NCBI GenBank assembly: GCA_041486695.1
Contig: JBGPLZ010000001.1
Coordinates: forward strand, 60,913-124,912
Direction: 5' to 3'
DNA: 64,000 bases
DNA from: Acidobacteriota bacterium
GTDB taxonomy: Bacteria > Acidobacteriota > Polarisedimenticolia > Gp22-AA2
The translations under genes were made by a program, and so were the position numbers. The notes below the pieces were generated by a model. The model saw only the letters and a list, made by a program, of their open reading frames with translations, ran no database searches and was not told the origin of the DNA. Positions 36,868-45,909 of the stretch are shown here, in pieces; position 1 is the first letter of the stretch, and each line of letters starts with the position of its first letter.

Positions 36868-39109
36868 CGATCCCTGCCTGCGGAGGCACGCCCAGAAGCG
36901 TGAGGACGGTGGGAGCAACGTCGGCGATCCCAGGGTGGGGCACGGCGAGAGGAACATTCGCGAACAGTACCCCCGGCACGATGGAGGGGTCGTTGGAGCA
37001 GTGGTCACCGCTCCAGGCCTTCAGATTGTCTTCGAACAGATTGGGCGGCACCTCGCCCAGAGCCGTCTGCCAGCCGATCCGATAGTGCGGACCGTTGGCC
37101 GCCCGAAGGTCGGGCACGAGCCGTGGATCGAAGCCGGAGTAGATCTCCTCGCGCCGATACACGTGCATCACCGGGTGCTCGCCCGTCGTCGGATCGATCA
37201 GCGCCTCGAGCTGCTTCACGATCGCCTCGCGCACCTCCTCGTACTCTCGACCCGGCGCCACGCTTCCCTTCGGCTCGCGGCCCAGGAGATTGATGTAGAT
37301 GTTGCCCAACCCCAGGGCGTACGCCCTGGTGCGGGACCAATCGACGTACTTGAAAAATTCCCCAAGCTCGCCGCGGTCGAAGAGATCCTCGAGCGTCTTC
37401 CCGCCCGAAGCCCCCTGCCGGAGCACCATGAAGCCGTTCTTCACCAGCCAGGTGTTGTAGTTCACGCCGCGCCGGAACGAGGTAAAACCATGGTCGGAGC
37501 AGATGAGCAGTGCCGTGCGCGGGCCGATTCGGCTGATGGCCTCGCCGACGATTCGGTCCATCCGCTCGTACGCCTTGGGGATTTCTCCCGCATAGACGGC
37601 GGCCAGGCGCGCGTCATAGAGCGGGTGGCCGGGATCGTGGAGCCGCCAGAGCATGTGCCCGACCCGATCCGGGAAGTCGAACACCTGCACGTAGAGCCGC
37701 TCCTGGCCGGTTTCGAGAAAGCGCTTCATCATGCGCAGCTGAACATCGACCGTGGCCTCCATGTCCTCGAGAAAGTGCTTTTCGTCGGTCAGCCCCGAGG
37801 GGAGGGACCATGTATCGATCGGCCAGCCGAGCGTCTTGAAGAGCCCGAACTCCTTCAGAAGATCACGGGCAAACGACCGCGGCGCGGTGAAAGGAACCGG
37901 CTGGCAGGTGGGGTGGAAGTTGAGCGGCGACATGTACAGCTTCAGTTCGGGCTCCAGGGAGAGCAACTTAAAGCGGACGATCCCCTTGAGGCCCGACACC
38001 AGATCGACCAGCGGGTTCACCGGTATCGGCACGATGAACCAGTCGCTCCAGCCCCCGGGGCGAAGCGTCTGGCGTTGACCGGCGAGATCGATGGTGGCGG
38101 CCCCCTCCGCGGCCTCGATCCGGAATGGGACGTCGAGACGCTTCGGCACGCCGCGCGCTTCGAGCTCGCGCTGTTTCGCCGCCCGTCGCTTCTGACGCTC
38201 TTCCGGGTTCTGAATGCCGCTGGCCGCCTCGTCAAGAACGAAGTCGTAGAACGGCTTGTTGAGCGGCCCCACGATGCGCGTCGCGATCGTCCCCTTACGC
38301 CGGTCGAGCTTCACGATCTCGACGCTGAATTGATTGTCCGGCAAAGCCAGAGTTGCATCCGACGTGTAGAAGGACGGCGAGCCGATCCGTCCTCGCATGT
38401 CGGGAACACCCAGCCCGGAGAGCATCTCCAGCCCCGAGGCCTCCTCCGCCGGGAAGGTGTCGGGCACGTTCAGGACCCGCGCGGTGAAACCGGCCCGCGT
38501 GGCGGCGGCCCAGAAGGTTTCCCCCTTGCGGGCGTTCCAGGCCGTCGGGAGCTCGCGCGGCAGCAGGCGGGCGAAGATCGCCGCCGAGCCGGCTCCAAGC
38601 AGGAAGGCGGCGAGCGCCCCGCACCCGAGTGCGAGCGCTCGGCGTCGGCGCACCGCCAAAGCCGCGACCGCGGCCAGCGCCATCGTGACTGCGGCCACGA
38701 GCCCGCCGAGCATCGGGGGGGTGCGGGCGCCGAACAGAAACGGTTTCTTGCCCACCCTGATCATGGCGAAATCCGGCAGGTACGTTCCTTCGGTCCGCCG
38801 CAGGAAGTCGAAAATTTCCGTCCGCCCCGGGTTCAGGCCGGTCGAGAACGAGGCCCAGGAAACGGGAGTCTGCGGCGGGTTGGCCGGCCGCAGCGGGCTG
38901 TAGGTGCCCTGCGCCCGGAGCCGCGACAAGTTCGGCAGCTTCCCCTCGCTCAGATACTGCTCCACCAGTGAGGCATCCGCCCCGTCGAAGCCGAGGACGA
39001 TCACCTTGTCGTAGTCAGCCGCGTTGATCATCCCGGGAGATAGAAGCGCCAGGAGGAGCGCCCGTCGGCCCCACGACCGCCAGTCGGGTCTTTCATGTGC
39101 CCAGATCAA
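36845..39109 (-). CDS. alkaline-phosphatase-superfamily type I phosphodiesterase/nucleotide pyrophosphatase-like protein
   Basis: Signal peptide. N-terminal AlkP-core motif VIVLGFDGADASLV...PPQTPVSWASFSTG. Internal TM helix. Long C-terminal hydrolase region (DHGF). Confidence 0.7.
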   Translation of the reverse strand: MIWAHERPDWRSWGRRALLLALLSPGMINAADYDKVIVLGFDGADASLVEQYLSEGKLPNLSRLRAQGTYSPLRPANPPQTPVSWASFSTGLNPGRTEIFDFLRRTEGTYLPDFAMIRVGKKPFLFGARTPPMLGGLVAAVTMALAAVAALAVRRRRALALGCGALAAFLLGAGSAAIFARLLPRELPTAWNARKGETFWAAATRAGFTARVLNVPDTFPAEEASGLEMLSGLGVPDMRGRIGSPSFYTSDATLALPDNQFSVEIVKLDRRKGTIATRIVGPLNKPFYDFVLDEAASGIQNPEERQKRRAAKQRELEARGVPKRLDVPFRIEAAEGAATIDLAGQRQTLRPGGWSDWFIVPIPVNPLVDLVSGLKGIVRFKLLSLEPELKLYMSPLNFHPTCQPVPFTAPRSFARDLLKEFGLFKTLGWPIDTWSLPSGLTDEKHFLEDMEATVDVQLRMMKRFLETGQERLYVQVFDFPDRVGHMLWRLHDPGHPLYDARLAAVYAGEIPKAYERMDRIVGEAISRIGPRTALLICSDHGFTSFRRGVNYNTWLVKNGFMVLRQGASGGKTLEDLFDRGELGEFFKYVDWSRTRAYALGLGNIYINLLGREPKGSVAPGREYEEVREAIVKQLEALIDPTTGEHPVMHVYRREEIYSGFDPRLVPDLRAANGPHYRIGWQTALGEVPPNLFEDNLKAWSGDHCSNDPSIVPGVLFANVPLAVPHPGIADVAPTVLTLLGVPPQAGIDGQTLRH

Positions 39110-39193
39110 CGGGCGATCCTCCGGTGCTTCAATGATTTATGCCTCGAACTACGCGTTTGGATTATAGGTCACGGAGCGCTGGCCATCAACACG

Positions 39194-39222
39194 TTGACCG
39201 ATGGGGGTGTTTTAGTTATCAT
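39194..39222 (+). promoter_or_regulatory. candidate sigma-70 promoter for anmK
   Basis: TTGACC (39194-39199), 17 nt spacer, TATCAT (39217-39222), in the relatively AT-rich divergent intergenic region 58 nt upstream of anmK. Confidence 0.35.
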
Positions 39223-39280
39223 CGCCCGCCATTTAAATAACCTCCTTCTGTCCATAGATTTGCCCTGATTCGGTGAGCCG

Positions 39281-40474
39281 ATGCTCGAGGCGATTGCCGC
39301 CAAGCCGGAAAGATTGATCATCGGCATCATGTCAGGGATCTCTGCCGACGGCGTCGACGCCGCCCTCGTCAAGGTGCGGGGTTGTGGTGAAAGCCTCACC
39401 TGGCGCCTGTTGCGCCATGAGACGCTGCAGTACTCGCTGAAGGTGCGCGATCTCATTCTCCGGTGCGCCGAGCCGGGGAGCGGCGACGCCGCCTCGATCT
39501 GCCGGCTGAATGTCCTGCTGGGAGAATTGTTCGCACGCGCCGCCTCGCATGTGGCAGCGCGCGCCGGTTTCGATCTGAAGAGCGTGGATCTCATCGGTTC
39601 GCACGGCCAGACGGTGCAGCACCTGCCGCAGCCGGTGATGATCACCGGCATCGAAGTGCGCAGCACCCTGCAGGTCGGCGAGCCGGCCGTGATCGCCGAG
39701 CGGACCGGATGCACGACGGTCGCCAGCTTCCGGGCTCGCGACATGGCCGTGGGCGGGCAAGGCTCGCCGCTGGTGGCCTACGTCGACTACCTGCTCTTCC
39801 GGCATCGCGCCCGCGGGCGTCTGGTGCTGAACCTCGGCGGCATCGCCAGCCTGACTGCCATCCCGGCCAGCGCCGGTCCCGAAGGGGTTCTCGGCTTCGA
39901 TACCGGCCCGGGCAACATGTTGATCGACGGTCTGGTCTCTCAGATCACCGGGGGCCGAGAGGCCTTCGATCACGATGGCCGGTATGCTCGCCGCGGGAAG
40001 CTCCGGCCCGAGCTTCTGGAGAAGCTCATGGCCCATCCTTTCCTTCAGGCAGCGCCGCCGAAGTCATGCGGCCGGGAGGAGTTCGGTCGTCCCTGCCTCG
40101 AGGGGATCCTGAAGGACAACGCGGGAGCGCCCAAGGACGACCTGGTCACGACCGTCACGCGCTTCACCGCCGAATCGATCGCGGCCGCCTGCCGACGCTT
40201 CGTGCTGCCGCACAATGTCTACGAAGAGGCGATCGTCTCCGGCGGTGGCGCCCGCAACGGCTTTCTCATGGAGCAGCTGCGCGCCGCCATTCCGGAGCTG
40301 TCGATCAAAGAGAGCGACGAGTACGGCCTCCCGGTCGCCGCCAAGGAGGCGGTCGCATTCGCCATCCTGGCGAACGAATCGATCCAGGCGCGGCCCAACA
40401 ATCTGCCGGCGGCGACCGGGGCGTCCCGCCCGGTCGTCCTGGGAACGATCGTCCCGGGATCGGCGGGGCAATGA
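39281..40474 (+). CDS. anmK: anhydro-N-acetylmuramic acid kinase
   Basis: AnmK family (GIMSGISADGVDAALV...FDTGPGNMLID...). 397 aa. Confidence 0.85.
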   Translation: MLEAIAAKPERLIIGIMSGISADGVDAALVKVRGCGESLTWRLLRHETLQYSLKVRDLILRCAEPGSGDAASICRLNVLLGELFARAASHVAARAGFDLKSVDLIGSHGQTVQHLPQPVMITGIEVRSTLQVGEPAVIAERTGCTTVASFRARDMAVGGQGSPLVAYVDYLLFRHRARGRLVLNLGGIASLTAIPASAGPEGVLGFDTGPGNMLIDGLVSQITGGREAFDHDGRYARRGKLRPELLEKLMAHPFLQAAPPKSCGREEFGRPCLEGILKDNAGAPKDDLVTTVTRFTAESIAAACRRFVLPHNVYEEAIVSGGGARNGFLMEQLRAAIPELSIKESDEYGLPVAAKEAVAFAILANESIQARPNNLPAATGASRPVVLGTIVPGSAGQ

Positions 40475-42696
40475 TCCCGGCGCGGCGGCGCCTCCTCCCG
40501 CTGATCCTCCCCCTCTCCGCACTGCCATTCTTGATCTCCTGCCAACCGGTCCTCGATCCGGCGGTGACCCTGACCGTGGCGATCGACAGCGGGCCTTCCA
40601 GCCTCGATCCCCGCCTGGGGTCGGACGAGGCAAGCAAGCGGGTCAACGAGTTGATGTACAACGGACTCTTTCGGGTGGACGAGTCGGCACGCCCGGTTCC
40701 GGATCTCGCCGCCGCCGTGGAGCGCCCGGATGATCGCACCGTGATCGTCACGCTGCGCGACGACGTCCGGTTTCAGGACGGAGCACGGCTCGAGGCTCGC
40801 GATGTCGTCGCCACCTACCGCTCGATCCTCGACGACGAGGTGCCCTCGTTCCGCAAGGGAGACCTGTCGATGCTGGCCGAGGTGTCGCCGTCAGGCGAAC
40901 GCTCCGTCGTCTTCCGGCTGAAGCAGCCCTTCGCGCCGATTCTCATCAACCTCGCCGTGCCGATCCAGAGAGCTGGCGCCGGCCCCGAGGCCGCCCGCCA
41001 TCCGATCGGAACCGGTCCGTTCCGTCTCATCCACTACCGCAAGGACGAGGATATCCTCCTGGAGCGGTTCGATGGCTACTTCGGCGGCGCGGCGGGGGTT
41101 CGCTGGGTTCATCTGAAGATCATTCCATCCGAAACCGGCCGCCTGCTCGAGCTTCTCAAGGGGAGCGCCGACCTCATCCTCAACGATCTCTCCCCCGACC
41201 AGCTCGACCGGGTGAGGCGAACCCCCGGGTACCAGGTCGAGACGATGCCGGGCCGCAACTGCGTCTACATGGTGTTCAATCTTCACGATCCGATCCTGGC
41301 GGATCGTCGGGTCCGCGAGGCGATCGCGCGCGCCATCGATCGCTCCGCGATCATCCATCACCTCCTGCACGACGCCGCGCGGCCCGCCACCGGGCTGTTG
41401 CCCCCTTCCCATTGGGCCTACGAGGCCGAAGTTCCGCGCTACGACTTCGACCCTTACGCCGCGGCGCTGCTCCTGGACCGCGCCGGCTACCCGGATCCGG
41501 ATGGAGACGGTCCCGCCATGCGCCTGCGCGTCACCTACAAGACATCGAGCAGCGAGCTCGCGCTGCAGCAGGCCACCGTGATCCAGGAGCAACTGGCGCG
41601 GGTCGGGATCGGCCTCGACATTCGTGCCTACGAATGGCCGACGTTCTACGACGACCTGAAGGCGGGACGATTCCAGCTCGCGGTCTCCAACTGGACCGAG
41701 ATCTCCGACCCGGATATCTATCGCCTGCGCTTCCATTCGCGCGCCCAGCCGCCCGGCGGTTTCAACCGCGGGGGCTATGTCAACCCGGCGGTGGATCGGC
41801 TGATCGAGGACGGGGACGCTACCCTCGACGAGGCAGGCCGGAGGCGAATCTACGCACAGATTCAGCGCCTGCTGGCGCAGGACCTTCCCACGATCAGCCT
41901 CTGGCACCGGGACGTCTTCGCGGCCCGGCGGATCCGGGTCCGGCACCTTCGGCTCACGCCTGGAGCGGACTTCACGCCCTTCCGGGAGATCTCGCTCGAG
42001 CCGCCCGGGATTCCCGCCTCAGGCGATCCGGCGGCCGAGAATCCGCTCGATCGCGGCGATCGACACGGCCCCCACCCGGATCACCCGGGGGGGATCGACG
42101 GTGAGATCGAGAACGGTGGAGGGCGCGGCTCCTCGCGTGGGGCCGGCGTCCAGGATCAGATCGATCTCCCTTCCCAGGGCCTCTGCGACTTCGGCCGCGG
42201 TCGTCGGCGCTCCCTGCCCCGAGCGATTGGCGCTCGTGGCGACGATCGCTCCGCCCACGGCACGCGCCAGCGCGGCGGACACCCGGTGGGGCGAGATCCT
42301 GATGCCCACCGTCCCGGCTCCCCCCAGCAGCCTGGACGGGAGCGTGGAGGCGGCCGGGAGCACCAGGGTGAGCGCCCCCGGCCAGAAGGCCGCCGCCAGG
42401 GAGCGAGCCGCTTCTCCCCAGTCGCGCACGCATCGGCGCAGGGCCGCCTCATCCGACACGATGATCGGCAGCGCCAGGCTAAGGGGACGTCCTTTGGCCT
42501 GGAAGACGCGCTCGACCGAACCGGGGTCGAACGGATCGGCGCCGAGCCCGTAGAAGGTCTCCGTCGGATAGGCGACCAGGCGGCCGGCGCGCACCATGGC
42601 GGCCGCGTCCTCGATCGCCCCGGTCGCCGGCTTCTCGGGATCGATCTGAACCTGTCGACTCATGGCGCACCTTTCACGTGCGGGGCGAAGGCATGA
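40471..42696 (+). CDS. ABC transporter substrate-binding protein, family 5 (peptide/nickel type); conserved domain ends near 42010, frame stays open to 42696
   Basis: ATGA overlap with the anmK stop. Signal peptide MIPARRRLLPLILPLSALPFLISC. SBP_bac_5 homology through ...FTPFREISLE (about 42005). The remaining ~230 codons are low-complexity and antisense to tsaC. Confidence 0.6.
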   Translation: MIPARRRLLPLILPLSALPFLISCQPVLDPAVTLTVAIDSGPSSLDPRLGSDEASKRVNELMYNGLFRVDESARPVPDLAAAVERPDDRTVIVTLRDDVRFQDGARLEARDVVATYRSILDDEVPSFRKGDLSMLAEVSPSGERSVVFRLKQPFAPILINLAVPIQRAGAGPEAARHPIGTGPFRLIHYRKDEDILLERFDGYFGGAAGVRWVHLKIIPSETGRLLELLKGSADLILNDLSPDQLDRVRRTPGYQVETMPGRNCVYMVFNLHDPILADRRVREAIARAIDRSAIIHHLLHDAARPATGLLPPSHWAYEAEVPRYDFDPYAAALLLDRAGYPDPDGDGPAMRLRVTYKTSSSELALQQATVIQEQLARVGIGLDIRAYEWPTFYDDLKAGRFQLAVSNWTEISDPDIYRLRFHSRAQPPGGFNRGGYVNPAVDRLIEDGDATLDEAGRRRIYAQIQRLLAQDLPTISLWHRDVFAARRIRVRHLRLTPGADFTPFREISLEPPGIPASGDPAAENPLDRGDRHGPHPDHPGGIDGEIENGGGRGSSRGAGVQDQIDLPSQGLCDFGRGRRRSLPRAIGARGDDRSAHGTRQRGGHPVGRDPDAHRPGSPQQPGRERGGGREHQGERPRPEGRRQGASRFSPVAHASAQGRLIRHDDRQRQAKGTSFGLEDALDRTGVERIGAEPVEGLRRIGDQAAGAHHGGRVLDRPGRRLLGIDLNLSTHGAPFTCGAKA
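42019..42663 (-). CDS. tsaC: L-threonylcarbamoyladenylate synthase (TsaC/YrdC family)
   Basis: YrdC motifs VAYPTETFYGLGADPFD, IVATSANRSGQGAPTTAAEV. Confidence 0.8.
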   Translation of the reverse strand: MSRQVQIDPEKPATGAIEDAAAMVRAGRLVAYPTETFYGLGADPFDPGSVERVFQAKGRPLSLALPIIVSDEAALRRCVRDWGEAARSLAAAFWPGALTLVLPAASTLPSRLLGGAGTVGIRISPHRVSAALARAVGGAIVATSANRSGQGAPTTAAEVAEALGREIDLILDAGPTRGAAPSTVLDLTVDPPRVIRVGAVSIAAIERILGRRIA

Positions 42697-42718
42697 CTAT
42701 AGATCAACGGAGACGGAT

Positions 42719-43546
42719 GTGACGATTGGGGGCGGGCGCGCCATCACCAGCCTGCAGAATCCGGTGGTCAAGCGGGTGCGCGCGCTCGAGGCCGATCGTG
42801 TTCTGCGCGAGCGCCAGGGTCTCTACCTCGCCTGGGGCCTCCATCTGGCCCAGGAGGCACTCGCAGCGCGCGTTCCGGTCACGCAGGCCCTGGTCGGCGA
42901 CGCCCTCCAACAGTCGGCCGAAGGCGGCGCCATTCTGCGCGCTCTCGAGTCCGTGCGCACTCCAATCGTCCTCGTGGGCTCCCGGGTCCTCGAAAGCATC
43001 GTCCCCGGCGCCTCGGACCAGGGGATCCTCTTGATCGTCCGTCGGCCCCGTGTCGATCTCCCGCGTCTTCTCGCGACCCTTCCGACCCTTCTCCTCGCCG
43101 CGCATGGGGTGCAGGATCCCGGCAACCTCGGGTCGATCATCCGCAGCGCCCGAGGCTTCGGATCGAGCGCGGTGATCGTCCTGCGCGGCTCGGCGGATCC
43201 GTTCGGCAGCCGGGCCGTCCGCGCGGCGATGGGGGCCCCGTTCACCTTGCCGATCGTCGAGGCCGCGGCTCCCGAAGCGCTGGATGCGCTGCTTCGCGCA
43301 GGATTGGCCATCGTGGCCACCGATCCCGCCGGGGAACGTCTTCCATCCGAGATCGATCTCGGGGCTCCGACGGCCATCGTGGTGGGGAATGAAGGTGCGG
43401 GCCTGCCAACGACGATCCTGCAGGCGGCTTCAGCGCGGGTGCGGATCCCCATGGCGGCCGGCGTCGAGTCGCTGAACGTGCACGCCGCGGCCGTCACGCT
43501 CCTCTACGAGGCGGCGCGGCAGAGGTCATTCTCCGGGCTCCGCTGA
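42719..43546 (+). CDS. SpoU/TrmH-family RNA 2'-O-methyltransferase
   Basis: SPOUT motifs (VQDPGNLGSIIRSARGFG, IVVGNEGAGLP, ESLNVHAAAVTLLYE). Start set at GTG 42719 with SD GGAGACGG upstream. The ORF-track ATG at 42662 shares a CATG with the divergent tsaC start. Confidence 0.7.
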   Translation: MTIGGGRAITSLQNPVVKRVRALEADRVLRERQGLYLAWGLHLAQEALAARVPVTQALVGDALQQSAEGGAILRALESVRTPIVLVGSRVLESIVPGASDQGILLIVRRPRVDLPRLLATLPTLLLAAHGVQDPGNLGSIIRSARGFGSSAVIVLRGSADPFGSRAVRAAMGAPFTLPIVEAAAPEALDALLRAGLAIVATDPAGERLPSEIDLGAPTAIVVGNEGAGLPTTILQAASARVRIPMAAGVESLNVHAAAVTLLYEAARQRSFSGLR

Positions 43547-43562
43547 ACCCGCCAGCGAGCGA

Positions 43563-45860
43563 TCATTCGCGAGCCCGCCCCCGGCCCGCGGGCGGCCGCG
43601 CCGCCGACCCCGCCTGCACCCGCGCCAACGGCAGTGTGAAGATGAAGACCGAACCTTGCCCCGGCTCGCTGCTGACCCTGATGGAGCCGCCATGCAGCCG
43701 GAGGATGTCGCGGACGATCGACAGACCGATGCCGGTCCCTTCGTACTTCCGCCGTGACGAGCCGTCCACCTGGTAGAAACGCTCGAAGATCTTGCCCTGC
43801 TCCTCCGCCGGAATACCGATACCGGTGTCGGCGACCTCCATTTCCAGGAAGCCGCGCGGTCCCTTGCGCGCCCGGATGGTGATCCCTCCGCCTTCCTTGT
43901 TGAACTTGACGGCATTGGTGAGCAGATTGGTGAGCACCTGGCCGATCTTGGTCCGGTCGCCGCGCATCATCAGGTCGTCGGTCTCATATTCGGTCGTGAC
44001 CGCGATGTTCTTCTTCTTGATCCGCTCGCCCACCATCTCGACCGCCTCGTCCACGACCTGCCACAAGGGGATGTCCTCGAGATGCAGCTGGGTCTCCCCC
44101 TTCTCCATGCGCGAGAATGACAGGAGGTTGTCGATCATCTCGACGAGTCGATCGATGTTCTTCAGGGCAACGGACAAACCGCGCTCCTGCTCCGGAGTCA
44201 GAGGACCCAATCGGCGCTTCAGGATCATTTCCGTGTAGCCCTTGATCGAGACCAGCGGCGTGTGCAGCTCGTGGGACACGTTCGCGAGGAGGTTCGATTT
44301 CATCTCGTCGAGGGACTTGAGCTCGGCGTTGAGCCTCTCGAGCTGCTCGTTGCGCTGGGCCAGGGATTTCTGGGCCTCCGCGAGCTCGCGATAGGCGCCC
44401 TCCAGCTCGGACTTGGCGCGCCCCAGGTCATCCATCCCCTGGCGCAGGTTGCCCTCCAGATCCAGCCGCACCGTGACATCGCGACTCGTGAAGAGGAGGC
44501 CGAGGATCTCGCCCGAGGCCGCGCGCACGGGACCGGTGGCGAGGTCCAGCAGGGCGCGACGTGGAACCGTCACCTCGAGCCCTTCAAGCCGTGGCGACGC
44601 GCCCGGCCGGGATGCCTCCTCCAGAAAAGAAAGGATCCGGGCCGGATCGGCGACCCGCGCCTGCAGCCGCCCGGCGAGTTCGGCCTCGGAAAGCCCTGGC
44701 ATGTCCTCCGCGGGCAGCCCGAACTGCTCGCAGAATGCGCGGTTCGCCAGCACCACCGAGCCGCCGCGGCTCGAGACGCCGAGCACCAGGATGCCGTCAG
44801 CGGTCGACATCAGGATAGCCTGCAGGCGCGCTTCGCTGGCGGCGATCACCTGCTCGAGGCGCGCCCGGGCGGTGAGGTCTGCCACGGTGCCGATGAGCGC
44901 CGGCCGGCCTCCAAACTCGGTGCGCGACCAGGCGACGCGCGCCTCGAGCGGGGCCCCACCCGCCTCTCCCTTGAGCCGGCACGCGATCTCCCCGGCCCCC
45001 CCTTCCTCGCCTCGCTCGGCCCGCCGAACGATGTCCATCGTCCGCAGCAGGTCGCCGGCCTCCAGGAGGTCCTTGAATGGGCGCCCTTGCAGGGCCTCAC
45101 GCTCGATCGCCACGATCCGGGCCAGGGCGGGATTGACATAGACCAGCCGCTCGCCCTGGAGGATGAAGACGCCATCCCCAACCCCCTCCACGAGGCGGCG
45201 GTGGCGCTCCTCCGACTCCCGCAAACGGGTCTCGAGCGCGCGCTCCGCCGTGAGATCGCGCGCCACCAGCAGGAAGCCCGCCGTCGCGGCCCGGCCCTCC
45301 GGCGCCGGAGCCAGGGAGATCAGCGCCGGAAAGAGCTCCCCGTCCCGACGCTGCAGACGGACTCGCTCCGCGATTCCCGCCTCGCGCAGAGAGCGTCGTG
45401 CCAGCTTTGGAAGGATCGTTTCCCAGGATCCTGGCGCGAACAGGATTTCGACGTGACGGCCGAGCATTTCCTCACGTGGCCAACCGGTCACCGCGACCGC
45501 GCCACGGCCGAAGGCGGTGATCTGCCACTCTCCATCGAGCGCGACCAGTGCGAGGTCGGAGGGAGCATCCATGAGAGCCAGCAGATCGCCCGAGCGAGCC
45601 GCCGCCTGTCGCAAGCGGGCCCGCAGATCGCCGAGGAGATGGTTGAGCTCGACGCCGAGGGTTTTGAGGCCGGTCTCGCTCTCGGGAGTCAGCTCGCCGA
45701 CCTCCGGGTGCCGCCGGATCTCGCGCACCTGGCCGGCAACCCGTTTCGCCGAGCGCCTCAGGCTGCCCAGGGCAAAGATGGCCAGCGCGACCGCCACGCT
45801 GCCCGCCAGGAGCGCAACCGAGCCGACCATGAAAATCGCACCATCAGGAACCATCGCCAT
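43563..45860 (-). CDS. membrane-anchored multi-PAS sensor histidine kinase (HAMP-PAS x3-HisKA-HATPase), no receiver
   Basis: N-terminal TM, HAMP, three PAS-like segments, H-box HELHTPLVSIKGY, N/G boxes (NLLTNAVKFN, DTGIGIP, GTGIGLSIV). Confidence 0.8.
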   Translation of the reverse strand: MAMVPDGAIFMVGSVALLAGSVAVALAIFALGSLRRSAKRVAGQVREIRRHPEVGELTPESETGLKTLGVELNHLLGDLRARLRQAAARSGDLLALMDAPSDLALVALDGEWQITAFGRGAVAVTGWPREEMLGRHVEILFAPGSWETILPKLARRSLREAGIAERVRLQRRDGELFPALISLAPAPEGRAATAGFLLVARDLTAERALETRLRESEERHRRLVEGVGDGVFILQGERLVYVNPALARIVAIEREALQGRPFKDLLEAGDLLRTMDIVRRAERGEEGGAGEIACRLKGEAGGAPLEARVAWSRTEFGGRPALIGTVADLTARARLEQVIAASEARLQAILMSTADGILVLGVSSRGGSVVLANRAFCEQFGLPAEDMPGLSEAELAGRLQARVADPARILSFLEEASRPGASPRLEGLEVTVPRRALLDLATGPVRAASGEILGLLFTSRDVTVRLDLEGNLRQGMDDLGRAKSELEGAYRELAEAQKSLAQRNEQLERLNAELKSLDEMKSNLLANVSHELHTPLVSIKGYTEMILKRRLGPLTPEQERGLSVALKNIDRLVEMIDNLLSFSRMEKGETQLHLEDIPLWQVVDEAVEMVGERIKKKNIAVTTEYETDDLMMRGDRTKIGQVLTNLLTNAVKFNKEGGGITIRARKGPRGFLEMEVADTGIGIPAEEQGKIFERFYQVDGSSRRKYEGTGIGLSIVRDILRLHGGSIRVSSEPGQGSVFIFTLPLARVQAGSAARPPAGRGRARE

Positions 45861-45909
45861 CACGCCTCGCAGGCGCCGCGGCGCCGCGACCCGGGAAGGG
45901 GCGGCGCTC

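Noticed and set aside
36455-38971. 838-aa plus-strand ORF
   Set aside because: Antisense to the AlkP-family gene and the envC-like gene. Low-complexity Arg/Gly/Pro composition, no motifs.
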